Part shown: piece by piece, positions 28,498 to 39,042 of the stretch
How positions within the stretch are numbered: position 1 is the stretch's first letter
Layout of the letters: each line of letters opens with the position of its first letter
NCBI GenBank assembly: GCA_041662585.1
Contig: JBAZSG010000006.1
Span: 4,155-68,154, forward strand
Direction of reading: 5' to 3'
DNA length: 64,000 nt
Source of the DNA: Patescibacteria group bacterium
GTDB lineage: Bacteria > Patescibacteriota > Patescibacteriia > UBA1558 > GWA2-36-10
Program-made: the position numbers and the translations under genes
The notes under the pieces: generated by a model
Told to the model about the DNA's origin: nothing
What the model saw: only the letters and a program-made list of their open reading frames with translations
The model's database searches: none

Positions 28498-29142
28498 ATG
28501 GAGAATAAATTTTGGAATAATTATACAAAGTATAAAGGACCCACTTCTTTTCCCATGGGTATTTTAGAAAAATATGCTAAAGGAAATATTTTGGATCTTG
28601 GTTGCGGTGACGGCACTCACGCTGGTATGGTACGTAAATTTTTTTTAGGGAGTATATATGCTATTGATCCTTCGGATGATATTATAGCTAAAGCCAAAAG
28701 TAGATATCAGGATATAAATTTTCAGCCAGCCAGTGCCTATGACTTGCCATACGAAGATTCTTTTTTTGACCTAGTATATGCTATTGATGTAATAGAGCAT
28801 TTAAAAACACCAGAGAAGATGCTCAAAGAAGTTGAAAGAGTATTAAAATCAGGGGGCATAGTAGTATTTCAAACACCAAATTATCCTATAAAAAGATTGT
28901 ATGATTTTAATAATTTTTTGGCTAAAAAAAATTGGCGTCATAATTTTAAAGATGATCCAACTCATTTTTATAAATTTACAGCAAAGCATTTGAAAAATAT
29001 GTGTTCTAAGTATTTTGAAGTTGTTGAATTTAAAACCAGAAATATTTTTTTACAAAATAAATTAAAATTTTTGAAAAATAAAAGAAATAAAATGCCTTGG
29101 ATATTATTTGGTCAAAAAACTATAATTATTTTAAAAAAATAA
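28498..29142 (+). CDS. Class I SAM-dependent methyltransferase
   Basis: ILDLGCGDG, LPYEDSFFD, VIEHL. Confidence 0.9.
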   Translation: MENKFWNNYTKYKGPTSFPMGILEKYAKGNILDLGCGDGTHAGMVRKFFLGSIYAIDPSDDIIAKAKSRYQDINFQPASAYDLPYEDSFFDLVYAIDVIEHLKTPEKMLKEVERVLKSGGIVVFQTPNYPIKRLYDFNNFLAKKNWRHNFKDDPTHFYKFTAKHLKNMCSKYFEVVEFKTRNIFLQNKLKFLKNKRNKMPWILFGQKTIIILKK

Positions 29143-29146
29143 TAAT

Positions 29147-29617
29147 ATGAATAGAAAATTTTTTGAGATATTTAAAAAATTCATGATAAAAGAAAGGACA
29201 ATTGTTTGGAGAAGTCTTTTTGGTAAGCTAGGCAAAGGTAGTAGAGTAACTGGTCGTATTAAAGTTTATTTCCCAGAAAATATATTTGTAGGAGAGAAAA
29301 CCACTTTGAATGAAGGTGTAATACTTAATGCTAGGACAAAACTAATAATTGGAGATTATTGTCATATTTCTCCGGGAGTCATCATAAATACAGGAAGTTT
29401 GGATATAAATATTCATTATAAAAAAAGACCCCACACAAAAGCGGAAGTAAAAATAGGTGATGGTGTTTGGTTGTGTTCCGGGGCACTGGTAAATCCAGGA
29501 GTGACTATTGGTGAAGGTGCTGTCATAGCTTCTGGTTCTGTAGTAAACCATGATGTTGATCCCTTTACAGTGGTTGGTGGTGTACCAGCTAAATTTATTA
29601 AAAAATTAGAACATTAA
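29147..29617 (+). CDS. Left-handed beta-helix O-acyltransferase
   Basis: Hexapeptide repeats IGDGVWL, VTIGEGAVIASGSVV, VGGVPAK. Confidence 0.9.
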   Translation: MNRKFFEIFKKFMIKERTIVWRSLFGKLGKGSRVTGRIKVYFPENIFVGEKTTLNEGVILNARTKLIIGDYCHISPGVIINTGSLDINIHYKKRPHTKAEVKIGDGVWLCSGALVNPGVTIGEGAVIASGSVVNHDVDPFTVVGGVPAKFIKKLEH

Positions 29618-30870
29618 TCTTTTGATAATTTTAAAAAAGTAATAGATAAAAATAGATTAAAAAATCTAGTTATTACTCTAGCCAAAACAATACCTAAAAG
29701 TCCAAAATTTAATACTAATACAAAAATCAATACAATTTGAACAGAGGAGCTCACTATTTTGAATAGGTATATTTCTTTTAACATTTTTTGAGCTTCAAAT
29801 ACAGAAGTGATAGTGAGCAAGGGTAAGGTTATAAAGGAAATAGCAAAAATTCTGGAATAAAATACAGCTTCCATATATTTTGGGAATATAAGTTGAAATA
29901 TATAAGGAGCTAATATGATATATACAATAGCTACGATGACCAATAAAAAGCTTAGTTTGGCCATTTTTTTGATTAAAGTATCTTTTATTTCTTTTTTTGT
30001 TTTCGTAGCAAATTTTGGAGCAGCTAAAGTAGTAATTGGCTTTACCAGAGATTTCATTTGTTCTAGAGGGGCAACAGCAAAGGCATAAATAGCTAATTCT
30101 GTAGCACCCAAATAATGAAAAACCAATATTTTATCAATTTGCATAGCTACTGTACCCAATATACCTACAAAGCTCAAATGTTTACCATATTTTACAGTTT
30201 GAGTATCTACTTCTTTATTTGGGGGGTATCTATTTTTTATATGTATAAAATATATTATTCTTAAAATAAGTAGAGGTATGAAAAAAGATGCTACTACTAA
30301 AAATAAATTATCAACTAAATATATAGTTAAGAATATACATAGACTACTAATAATTTTTGTAAAAACAGTATATTTAGTCAATTTATCAAACCATTTTTTA
30401 CCATTAAAATAAGATTGGTATAAAGCAAGACTATCTATTAGTGGTACCACTATGCTTATCAAGGCAAAAGAAACCATCAAATCATAATTATTGTTTAGAT
30501 AATAATAGATAGCCATAGCTAAACTAGCTGTGGCCCCAATAAGCCCCCATTTAATTTTGGTTTTTAATGCTGATAATAATGATCCTTCAAATCCTTTGGC
30601 AACTGCCCTAGTAACAGAACTATCCATACCATTTAGAGTGGTCATGGATAGTATACTAAATATAGAGATTATATATTTATATTGACCATAGGTCTCTACT
30701 GGCAATAAATTGGCGAAAGCAATGGCTAATAAAAAAGAAGATACGCTGGAGATTACTTGACTGATTGACAACCAAAAGCCACCTTTGGCTAGATAGACCA
30801 TATCTGTCTTGGTATATTTTTCACTACGACGTAATAAATTGTATATTTTGTCTTGGAATTTATTTGACAT
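29614..30870 (-). CDS. Wzx-type oligosaccharide flippase
   Basis: About 12 TMs; ANLLPVETYGQY, QIDKILV...LGATELAIY. Confidence 0.85.
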   Translation of the reverse strand: MSNKFQDKIYNLLRRSEKYTKTDMVYLAKGGFWLSISQVISSVSSFLLAIAFANLLPVETYGQYKYIISIFSILSMTTLNGMDSSVTRAVAKGFEGSLLSALKTKIKWGLIGATASLAMAIYYYLNNNYDLMVSFALISIVVPLIDSLALYQSYFNGKKWFDKLTKYTVFTKIISSLCIFLTIYLVDNLFLVVASFFIPLLILRIIYFIHIKNRYPPNKEVDTQTVKYGKHLSFVGILGTVAMQIDKILVFHYLGATELAIYAFAVAPLEQMKSLVKPITTLAAPKFATKTKKEIKDTLIKKMAKLSFLLVIVAIVYIILAPYIFQLIFPKYMEAVFYSRIFAISFITLPLLTITSVFEAQKMLKEIYLFKIVSSSVQIVLIFVLVLNFGLLGIVLARVITRFFNLFLSITFLKLSKD

Positions 30871-32074
30871 TTTGATATTTCAAAATTTCGTAATGATGTT
30901 TTATATTTTTAAATATTTTATGATTTACCGCTTTAACTAAAAAATCATAATTTTTGATTTGAGATTTTTTTATATTTTGACAGCCAAATATTTTGTCAGC
31001 TTTGATAAAAGGATCATAAATAGCAATTTGGTATTTATGTTTTTTGAGCTCTTTAATAAAATCTTCTACTTTTGAATTTCTAGTATCAGTAATATTTGCT
31101 TTAAAAGTAGCCCCCAGTATTAATATTTTTTTGGTTTTTATTTTATGCTGACGAATATATTTTAGTAATTGTTTTGCTTCATATTTAGCCATATTGTCAT
31201 TGATGCTGCGTCCAGCCAAAATCATTTTTGGATTATGATGCAAGCTTTTAGATTTTTGGCTAAGATAATATGGATCGACACTGATACAATGTCCACCGAC
31301 TAGTCCGGGTGTAAATTTTAGAAAATTCCATTTGGTGCCAGCAGCTTTGAGTACCTCCTCGTAGTCAATATGCGCTTTATCTAGTATCATTTTCAATTCA
31401 TTCATCAGAGCAATATTGACATCTCGTTGAGTATTTTCTATTATTTTTGCTGCTTCAGCTACTTGAATACTAGAAGCTCTATGTACGCCAGCTTTGATTA
31501 TTTTGCTATATGTTTTGTCGACAATATCTAGAGTTTTAGTATTACTACCGGAAATTACTTTGACTATTTTTTCCACTGTATTTATTTTATCACCAGGATT
31601 TATTCTTTCAGGGGAATAACCAACAAAGAAATCTTTGTTAAATTTTAATTTAGAGTATTTTTCCAAAACGGGTACACAATCACTTTCAGTGCACCCAGGA
31701 TAGACAGTTGATTCATAGACTACAATACTACCAGCAGTCATATATTGACCAACTATTTTGGAGGCACTGAGTAGTGGCTTGAGATCAGGATTTTTGTATT
31801 TGTCTATGGGTGTAGGGACAGCTATGATGATAAAATTTGACTGGGAAATTATTTTTGGATCAGCTGAAAAATTTATTTTGGCTTGCTTGATATCAGAAGT
31901 AGCCACTTCTTTGGTGTGGTCTATATTTTTTTGTAATTCAGCAATTCTTTGTTGGTTGATATCAAAACCATTGATAGCTTCTTGCTTGCCAAATGCTACA
32001 GCCAGAGGAAGGCCAACATAACCCAAACCAACAACACATATTTTTATTTTTTTAGTCTTCATTTTTTTGTTCAT
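30860..32074 (-). CDS. UDP-N-acetylhexosamine dehydrogenase (WbpO/TviB-like)
   Basis: VGLGYVGLPLA, VPTP, ESTVYPG, YSPERINPGD, GLVGGHCISVDPYYL. Confidence 0.9.
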   Translation of the reverse strand: MNKKMKTKKIKICVVGLGYVGLPLAVAFGKQEAINGFDINQQRIAELQKNIDHTKEVATSDIKQAKINFSADPKIISQSNFIIIAVPTPIDKYKNPDLKPLLSASKIVGQYMTAGSIVVYESTVYPGCTESDCVPVLEKYSKLKFNKDFFVGYSPERINPGDKINTVEKIVKVISGSNTKTLDIVDKTYSKIIKAGVHRASSIQVAEAAKIIENTQRDVNIALMNELKMILDKAHIDYEEVLKAAGTKWNFLKFTPGLVGGHCISVDPYYLSQKSKSLHHNPKMILAGRSINDNMAKYEAKQLLKYIRQHKIKTKKILILGATFKANITDTRNSKVEDFIKELKKHKYQIAIYDPFIKADKIFGCQNIKKSQIKNYDFLVKAVNHKIFKNIKHHYEILKYQNVK

Positions 32075-32077
32075 ATA

Positions 32078-33088
32078 TTACTTTATTTTGCCATCCAAAG
32101 GATGGTCGCCATTTGGGCGATAATAATCTTTGTACCAGGTTATAAATTTTTTAATACCATCTTCAATATTAGTTTGTGGTTTGAATTTTAATTTCGCTTG
32201 GGAGTGTTTTATATCAGCAAAAGTATCTGACACGTCACCAGCTTGCATAGGCATCATTTTTTTTGTAGTTTTTTTGGCTAAGTTTTTTTCTATCAATTCT
32301 ATAAAATGTTGTAGTTTTACAGACTTGTTATTTCCTAGATTAAATATTTCATAAGGATAAGAGTGGTAAAGGGCTGATAGGACACCATCTACTATATCAT
32401 CTATATAGGTAAAATCTCTTTTCATTTGACCATGGTTAAAGACTTTTATAGTCTGATTGGCTAAAATAGCTTTGGTAAAGAGAAATAATGCCATATCTGG
32501 ACGTCCATAAGGGCCATAAACAGTAAAAAACCTCAGTCCGGTACAATTGAGGCCATAAAGATGATGATAGGTATGAGCTATCAATTCATCAGCTTTTTTG
32601 CTAGCGGCATATAGTGATATTGGTTTATCAACATTATCATCTACAGAAAATGGTAATTTTTGATTTTTACCATAAACTGAACTTGAAGAAGCATAAATAA
32701 AATCTTTTATTTTATGATTTTTTACTTCGTCTATCAGATTGGCAAAACCAACAATATTGGATTGGATGTAAGTATGAGGATGAGTCAGACTATACCTGAC
32801 GCCTGCTTGAGCAGCCAGATGACATACTTTGTCTATTTTGTTGGTAGCCAATACTTTTTTGACAAATTTTAGGTTTGTTAAATTACCTTTATAAAATTTA
32901 TAATTATTAAATTTTTTTAATATTTTATTTCTATCTTTTTTTAAATTTACATCATAATAATCACTCAGGCTATCTAGACCCACAACTCGAACGCCCATCT
33001 CCAGCAGTTTTTTAGCAACATGAAAACCAATAAAACCGGCTGAACCGGTAACAAGTATGGTGGTATTTTTTTTAAATTTTATATTCAT
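32078..33088 (-). CDS. NAD-dependent UDP-uronate 4-epimerase (CapI-like)
   Basis: TGSAGFIG, HLAAQAGVRYS, YAASKK, LRFFTVYGPYGRPDMA; start moved to ATG 33088 because the upstream codon lies in a repeat. Confidence 0.9.
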   Translation of the reverse strand: MNIKFKKNTTILVTGSAGFIGFHVAKKLLEMGVRVVGLDSLSDYYDVNLKKDRNKILKKFNNYKFYKGNLTNLKFVKKVLATNKIDKVCHLAAQAGVRYSLTHPHTYIQSNIVGFANLIDEVKNHKIKDFIYASSSSVYGKNQKLPFSVDDNVDKPISLYAASKKADELIAHTYHHLYGLNCTGLRFFTVYGPYGRPDMALFLFTKAILANQTIKVFNHGQMKRDFTYIDDIVDGVLSALYHSYPYEIFNLGNNKSVKLQHFIELIEKNLAKKTTKKMMPMQAGDVSDTFADIKHSQAKLKFKPQTNIEDGIKKFITWYKDYYRPNGDHPLDGKIK

Positions 33089-33101
33089 GTTTATTAATTT
33101 T

Positions 33102-33197
33102 AATCCCCCTAAATCCCCCTTTGACAAGGGGGACTTGTCAAACTCTATTAATTAATTCTCCCCTGTCAAGGGGAGATGGCTGAAGGACAGAGGGGTT
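33102..33197. repeat. Intergenic GC-rich double-hairpin REP/MITE-like element
   Basis: TCCCCCTT-TGAC-AAGGGGGA (33114-33133) and TCTCCCCT-GTCA-AGGGGAGA (33157-33176), tandem AATCCCCCT. Confidence 0.7.
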
Positions 33198-33198
33198 A

Positions 33199-34560
33199 TT
33201 ATCGCCCCAAACTCTTATTAAACACAGTATTGATAGTTTTTAAGATTATAGAAATATCTAGAGCTACAGATTGATTTTTGATATAAAACAAATCATATTG
33301 TAGTTTTTCTTTAGCATCAGCTACGCTAGCACCATATGGAAAATTTATTTGAGCCCAACCAGTAAGTCCTGGTTTGACTAGATGTCTTTCATTATAAAAT
33401 GGTATAGCCTCTTTGAGGGTGCTTACAAATTCTGGTCTTTCAGGGCGAGGACCAACAAAACTCATATTACCTTTGATGATATTTATAAATTGAGGTATTT
33501 CATCTATCCTAGTTTTACGGATAAATTTGCCAACTTTTGTAACTCGTGAGTCATTTTCTTTGGCCCACTGAGCACCATTGGTTTCGGCATTTTTGGTCAT
33601 AGAGCGCAATTTGTAAACAGTAAATATTTTGTTGTGCAGGCCAACTCTTTCTTGTTTATAGATAATAGAACCAGCTGATTCAAGCTTTATGGCCAAGATT
33701 ATAAAAGGAAGTATCAACAGAGAAATAAGACCAAAAAATACAGAAAGCACTATATCCATAATTCTTTTGAAAAAAGATGACCAATGTTGATTTTTTTGAC
33801 TAATATTTTCCAAAAACCAGTGACGCTCCAAGGAAGAGACGGGTACCTTGCCAGTAATTTTTTCATAAAAGTCAGTAAGATTAAAATATTGTATTTTAAG
33901 ATCTATGTTTTCAAATAAATAGCGAGCTACCTCTGGACTATATTTTGGGTCATTGACAGCTACTACAGTATTGATTTTGAGCTCTAGTATTTTATTTCTC
34001 ATTTCGCTGATATCTTTACTGACAGCGACTATTTGAAATTTTTCAGGGATAACAGATGAATCGGGGTTGATAATTAGTTTTAGTTTATAACCCAAGTGAG
34101 GCTTGGTAATTATTTCTTCAGCTAGTAGTAGTGATTCAGAATGGATGCCAATAATAGCTAGATTACTGCCTAGTCTATCGCTAGATATGAGTTTGTAAAA
34201 TATTTTTCGCCAAAGGATAAACAAAATAGCAAAAATACCAACCAGTATCAGCAGTATGGTTTGTGGCCTGATGCCAAGAATATTGCCAACTAAATAAAAG
34301 AAAGACATGGCCAAGACAGTATTGATGAGCAAATTTTGCACCAAGCTACCATAAAATTTAAAGCCTTGTTGGACTTTGTTTATTTCGTATAAACCATTGA
34401 TAAAAAATATTATTATCCACAAGGCAAAAATAATTGAAAAAGGGCCCAAATGCTTGGACCATAGTAGGCTATCAATATAAGAAAAACGTAACCACAAGGT
34501 GATGGCTAAAGAACTATATAGTAATATCAGGTCTCCAAATAATAATATTATCTTTCTCAT
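33199..34560 (-). CDS. Priming polyprenyl-phosphate glycosylphosphotransferase (WcaJ/WbaP-like)
   Basis: KRIMDI, YKQERVG, KLRSM, RIDEIPQF, MSFVGPRPERP, KPGLTGWAQI, YDLFYI. Confidence 0.93.
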   Translation of the reverse strand: MRKIILLFGDLILLYSSLAITLWLRFSYIDSLLWSKHLGPFSIIFALWIIIFFINGLYEINKVQQGFKFYGSLVQNLLINTVLAMSFFYLVGNILGIRPQTILLILVGIFAILFILWRKIFYKLISSDRLGSNLAIIGIHSESLLLAEEIITKPHLGYKLKLIINPDSSVIPEKFQIVAVSKDISEMRNKILELKINTVVAVNDPKYSPEVARYLFENIDLKIQYFNLTDFYEKITGKVPVSSLERHWFLENISQKNQHWSSFFKRIMDIVLSVFFGLISLLILPFIILAIKLESAGSIIYKQERVGLHNKIFTVYKLRSMTKNAETNGAQWAKENDSRVTKVGKFIRKTRIDEIPQFINIIKGNMSFVGPRPERPEFVSTLKEAIPFYNERHLVKPGLTGWAQINFPYGASVADAKEKLQYDLFYIKNQSVALDISIILKTINTVFNKSLGR

Positions 34561-34571
34561 TTATAATTTTA

Positions 34572-34594
34572 TTTATTCCACCTTTGGTGGATAA
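34572..34594 (-). repeat. Short palindromic element TTATCCACCAAAGGTGGAATAAA, copy 2
   Basis: Matches 2099-2121 with a compensatory stem change. Confidence 0.6.
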
Positions 34595-34605
34595 TAATTG
34601 AGTAT

Positions 34606-34635
34606 ATTATAGTAAAAAATATCCTTTTTTGTCAA
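34606..34635 (-). promoter_or_regulatory. Sigma70 promoter of the priming-transferase operon
   Basis: Minus strand TTGACA-18bp-TATAAT. Confidence 0.65.
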
Positions 34636-34850
34636 GAAAATAGCATTTTTAGCTTTTTTTGAATATAGTGCAATATATGATATAGTTTATGTATTACTAT
34701 TTTATGAGTTTATTGCTAAAATTAGCCAAAGAAATAAAAGCTGATTATGCAATTTTAGATAAAAATACACCTTTATTATTAGATTTGCTAAATAGTGGTT
34801 TATCATACTATGATAAGGAGGATATAATAATAAAATTTAATGATTAATGT

Positions 34851-35798
34851 ATGAAAATATCAATTGTTTTACCAATTTATAATGAAGAAGAAAATGTAAA
34901 TATTCTTTATAATAAATTGACAGAAGTTTTAAAAAGAATTGGAGTAGAGTATGAGATACTTTGTGTTAATGATGGATCAAAAGATAAAAGTTTTGATATT
35001 TTAAAGAACATTGCAGAGCACGACAAAAAAGTTAAGGTAATCAATTTTAAAAATAATTTTGGCCAAACTGCCGCTATGTCAGCTGGCATCAAAGCTTCTC
35101 AAGGAGATTTAATAATACCAATGGATGCTGATTTGCAAAATGATCCAGAAGATATACCAAGATTTTTAGAAAAGATTAATGAAGGTTTTGATGTGGTATC
35201 AGGTTGGCGTAAAGATAGGAAAGATGCTTTGGTTTTAAGAAAAATACCTTCTTGGGTTGCAAATTGGATTATCGGAAAGATTACAGGTGTTAAAATTCAT
35301 GATTATGGGTGTTCAATGAAAGCTTATAAAAGAGAAATTATAAAAGATGTAAATCTATATGGAGAAATGCATCGTTTTATTCCAGCTTATGCTTCTTGGC
35401 AAGGAGCTGTAGTGACAGAGATGGTAGTTACACATCATCCACGTATTCACGGTGTGACTAAATATGGAATTGGCAGAACTTTTAAAGTAATTTTGGATTT
35501 AATAGTGGTAAAGTTTTTATCAGTCTATATCAATAGACCAATCCATTTTTTTGGGGGTATTGGTTTTGTATCATTATTTTTAGGAATTATCACTGGCTTG
35601 ACAGCTTTAACGCTTAGAATTTTAGAGATAAAATATATTGTAGAAACTCCCTTACCTATTCTTTCAGCTTTATTAATAATAGTCGGAGTTCAACTCATAG
35701 CTATGGGTATATTAGCAGAAATGATTATGAGAACTTATTATGAGTCACAACATAAAGAACCTTATGTTATAAAAGATAAAATTAATTTTGATAACTAA
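34851..35798 (+). CDS. GT2 polyprenol-phosphate glycosyltransferase (ArnC/DPM1-like)
   Basis: VLPIYNEEEN, VNDGSKD, NFGQTAA, MDADLQNDP, HDYGC, two C-terminal TMs. Confidence 0.92.
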   Translation: MKISIVLPIYNEEENVNILYNKLTEVLKRIGVEYEILCVNDGSKDKSFDILKNIAEHDKKVKVINFKNNFGQTAAMSAGIKASQGDLIIPMDADLQNDPEDIPRFLEKINEGFDVVSGWRKDRKDALVLRKIPSWVANWIIGKITGVKIHDYGCSMKAYKREIIKDVNLYGEMHRFIPAYASWQGAVVTEMVVTHHPRIHGVTKYGIGRTFKVILDLIVVKFLSVYINRPIHFFGGIGFVSLFLGIITGLTALTLRILEIKYIVETPLPILSALLIIVGVQLIAMGILAEMIMRTYYESQHKEPYVIKDKINFDN

Positions 35799-37663
35799 TG
35801 TGTGGAATTACTGGTTATCTTGGTAAAGGTAATCAAGATATATTAGAGAAAATGACAAATAGTCTTTATCACAGAGGTCCTGATGATAAAGGTTTTTTAT
35901 TGGAAGAAAATTTGGGTATGGGACATCGTCGTTTATCAATTATTGATTTGAGTGATTCAGGACGGCAGCCAATGACTAACGAAGATGGATCAATTATAAT
36001 AGTTTTAAATGGTGAGATCTATAATTATCAAGAATTAAAAGAACAATTAAAAAATCAACATAAATTTAAGAGTCAAACTGATACGGAAGTTATTATTCAT
36101 CTTTATGAAGAGATTGGCACAGAAGTTTTTTCTAAATTAAATGGAATGTTTGCGATTGCTTTGTATGACAAGAAAAGAAAAAAAATAATATTATCTAGAG
36201 ATAGATTTGGTAAAAAACCACTATATTGGGGAATTTTTAATGAAACATTTTTGTTCTCTTCAGAGTTAAAGTCATTTTTAAATCATCCGTCTTTTAAAAA
36301 AGAATTAAATATAGAGGCTCTTAATAAATATTTACAATATGAGTATGTGCCGACACCGCATGCGATTTTTAAAGGAGTATATAAATTAGAGCCAGGATAT
36401 TACTTAGAATATGATTCTAAAAATATAAAAAAGGAAAAATTTTGGGATATTCATTTTGAAAAATCTGACCTTACTTTTAATGAGTCTTTAGAAAAGTTAG
36501 ATTATGAAATGAATAGAGCAACAAAAATTAGAATGATGAGTGATGTGCCTTTGGGGGTATTTTTAAGTGGAGGTATAGATAGTAGTATTATTGCTTATTA
36601 CGCACAAAAAAATAGTCAGCAAAAAATAAAAACTTTTTCTATTGGTTTTAAAGAAAAAAGTTTTGATGAATCAAATTATGCTCGTCAGGTAGCTAGATAT
36701 TTAGGCACCGAACATCATGAACAAATTTTAAGTGCCAAAGATTCTCTAGATTTTATTCCAAAAATTGCAGATTTGTTGGATGAACCAATGTCTGATTCAT
36801 CTATTGTACCAACTTATTTATTATCTAAATTTACCAAAGAACATGTTACAGTTGCTTTGGGTGGAGATGGTGGGGATGAATTATTGTTGGGTTATGATAC
36901 TTTCGTAGCCCAGCGCTATGCAGATATATATGACAAGGTACCGTTTTTTATTCGTCAATTGATAACTAAGACAGTTACAAGTTTGCCAACATCTTTTTCT
37001 AATATGTCTTTAGATTTTAAAATAAAAAAATTTACCAAAGATTTTGAAGATAATAAAAATTACAGACATCAACGTTGGTTAGGTTCTTTTGACAAACAGA
37101 GTCGTAGTAATTTATTTACAAATAATATTTGGCAAGATTTGAAAAATAAAAATGAATTTAACGATGTTGATAACTATTTAGATAGTATATCCAAATTAGA
37201 TAAATATCAGAAATTAATTTATTTATATTTAAGAACTTACATGTTAGACGATATTTTAGTAAAAGTAGATAGAGCTAGCATGTTTAATGCACTGGAAGTT
37301 AGGGCGCCGTTTTTGGACTATCAAGTAGCAGATTTAATTAATTCTATGCCAATTAATTTTAAATTAAAAGGAACTAAAACAAAATATATACTTAAAAAAT
37401 TAATGGATGGCAAGCTGCCTCAAAATATTATTTATCGTAAAAAGAAAGGTTTTGGTATGCCAATAGCTGATTGGTTGAATAATGATTTAAAATCATTAGC
37501 ACAAGAACTATTAAATTCTGAAAGAATAAAAAGAGAGGGCTTATTTGATTATAAATATGTAGAGAGGTTATTAGAAGGACATTTTGATCACAAACAAGAT
37601 AATCGTAAATTAATTTGGACTCTTATGGTATTTGAAATGTGGCGTGAAAAATGGTTTAATTAA
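35798..37663 (+). CDS. asnB: AsnB-family glutamine amidotransferase (second copy)
   Basis: MCGITG, HRGPD, RRLSIIDLS, LSGGIDSS, GDGGDE, KVDRASM. Confidence 0.92.
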   Translation: MCGITGYLGKGNQDILEKMTNSLYHRGPDDKGFLLEENLGMGHRRLSIIDLSDSGRQPMTNEDGSIIIVLNGEIYNYQELKEQLKNQHKFKSQTDTEVIIHLYEEIGTEVFSKLNGMFAIALYDKKRKKIILSRDRFGKKPLYWGIFNETFLFSSELKSFLNHPSFKKELNIEALNKYLQYEYVPTPHAIFKGVYKLEPGYYLEYDSKNIKKEKFWDIHFEKSDLTFNESLEKLDYEMNRATKIRMMSDVPLGVFLSGGIDSSIIAYYAQKNSQQKIKTFSIGFKEKSFDESNYARQVARYLGTEHHEQILSAKDSLDFIPKIADLLDEPMSDSSIVPTYLLSKFTKEHVTVALGGDGGDELLLGYDTFVAQRYADIYDKVPFFIRQLITKTVTSLPTSFSNMSLDFKIKKFTKDFEDNKNYRHQRWLGSFDKQSRSNLFTNNIWQDLKNKNEFNDVDNYLDSISKLDKYQKLIYLYLRTYMLDDILVKVDRASMFNALEVRAPFLDYQVADLINSMPINFKLKGTKTKYILKKLMDGKLPQNIIYRKKKGFGMPIADWLNNDLKSLAQELLNSERIKREGLFDYKYVERLLEGHFDHKQDNRKLIWTLMVFEMWREKWFN

Positions 37664-37678
37664 GTATATTATAGATAT

Positions 37679-38251
37679 ATGGAAGAAAAAAAATTGAATT
37701 TGGGAGCTGGTGAAGATAGTAAAGATGGTTATATAAGTATAGATTGGAATGAATTGACTAAACCAGATGTAGTACATGATTTGAATAAATTGCCTTATCC
37801 TTTTGAGGATAATTATTTTGATGAAATATTAGCTTCTCATATATTAGAGCATTTAGATAAACCATTTGAGGTTATGAAAGAGTTGCACAGAATATTAAAG
37901 CCAAGTGGTAAATTGATAATTAAAGTGCCACATTTTAGTAGAGGTTTCACTCATACAGAACATGCTCATGGCTTTGATATATCTTTTCCTATGTATTTTA
38001 ATAAAGATTTTACTAAGTCAGGTTTTTATGGTGTAGAGTTTAAACTTAAAAAACTTAAATTACATTGGGCTGCTTTTACTCATTTGTTACCTTATTATGG
38101 GTATGGAAAAATAGCTATAAGGTTTATAAAATTATTAAGTTTTATGTTGTCTAGTTTGGCAAATATTAGCCCTAATTTGTGTAGTCGCATATGGTGTTTT
38201 TGGGTAGGGGGATTTGAAGAAATAGAATTTGAATTTATTTGTAAGAAATAA
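37679..38251 (+). CDS. SAM-dependent methyltransferase
   Basis: LNLGAG, HDLN..PYPFEDN, SHILEHL. Confidence 0.88.
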   Translation: MEEKKLNLGAGEDSKDGYISIDWNELTKPDVVHDLNKLPYPFEDNYFDEILASHILEHLDKPFEVMKELHRILKPSGKLIIKVPHFSRGFTHTEHAHGFDISFPMYFNKDFTKSGFYGVEFKLKKLKLHWAAFTHLLPYYGYGKIAIRFIKLLSFMLSSLANISPNLCSRIWCFWVGGFEEIEFEFICKK

Positions 38252-38252
38252 T

Positions 38253-39017
38253 ATGTCATCAAGTGAACGTTTTGGTTATGAATGGGATAAATATTCGGGT
38301 ATCGATTCTAACTATGAAAAACAATTTAAAAATTGGATATATCCTCTTGAATCAGAGTTTTTTAAAGACAAAGTGATTTTAGATGCGGGCTGTGGTATGG
38401 GTAGAAATAGTTTTTGGCCACTCCAATGGGGAGCAAGAGAAGTTGTAGCCTTTGATTTTGATAGACGTTCGGTTGAATCAGCTAAGAGAAATTTAGAACA
38501 TTTTAATAATGTAGAAGTTTTTTATAAAAGTATTTATGATATTACTTGGGTGGATAAATTTGATATAGCTTTTAGTATTGGTGTGATACATCATTTGAAA
38601 GATCCAAAACAAGCTTTGCAAAATATGATTAAAGCTTTAAAATCAGATGGCACGCTTTTGATTTGGGTTTATAGTTATGAAGGTAATGAATGGATAGTAA
38701 AATTAGTTGATCCCATTAGAAAAAATATTACTTCAAAATTACCAGTTGGCTTAGTGCATTTTTTAAGTTATTTATGTTCTATACCTTTATATATTTTTAT
38801 AAAAATGTTTAAAAATACAAATGGTTATTTAAAACAAATTTCTAATTTTAAATTTTGGCATGTACATAGTATAGTTTTTGATCAATTGATACCGGACATA
38901 GCTAATTATTGGAAAAAGACCGAAGTAGAAGAATTATTTTTAAATTTAGGTTTAAAATCAGTGGATATTCATCAACCGCCAAATAAATCTGGTTGGATAA
39001 TTATTGGAAAAAAATAA
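38253..39017 (+). CDS. Class I SAM-dependent methyltransferase
   Basis: ILDAGCGMGR, FSIGVIHH; ATG 38253 preferred over the overlapping TTG 38229. Confidence 0.88.
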   Translation: MSSSERFGYEWDKYSGIDSNYEKQFKNWIYPLESEFFKDKVILDAGCGMGRNSFWPLQWGAREVVAFDFDRRSVESAKRNLEHFNNVEVFYKSIYDITWVDKFDIAFSIGVIHHLKDPKQALQNMIKALKSDGTLLIWVYSYEGNEWIVKLVDPIRKNITSKLPVGLVHFLSYLCSIPLYIFIKMFKNTNGYLKQISNFKFWHVHSIVFDQLIPDIANYWKKTEVEELFLNLGLKSVDIHQPPNKSGWIIIGKK

Positions 39018-39042
39018 GCATTTTTGTCAAACAAGTAAACTC

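Noticed and set aside
33089-33127. N-terminal extension MSKGDLGGLK of the epimerase
   Set aside because: It lies in the palindromic repeat; ATG 33088 sits just before the Rossmann motif
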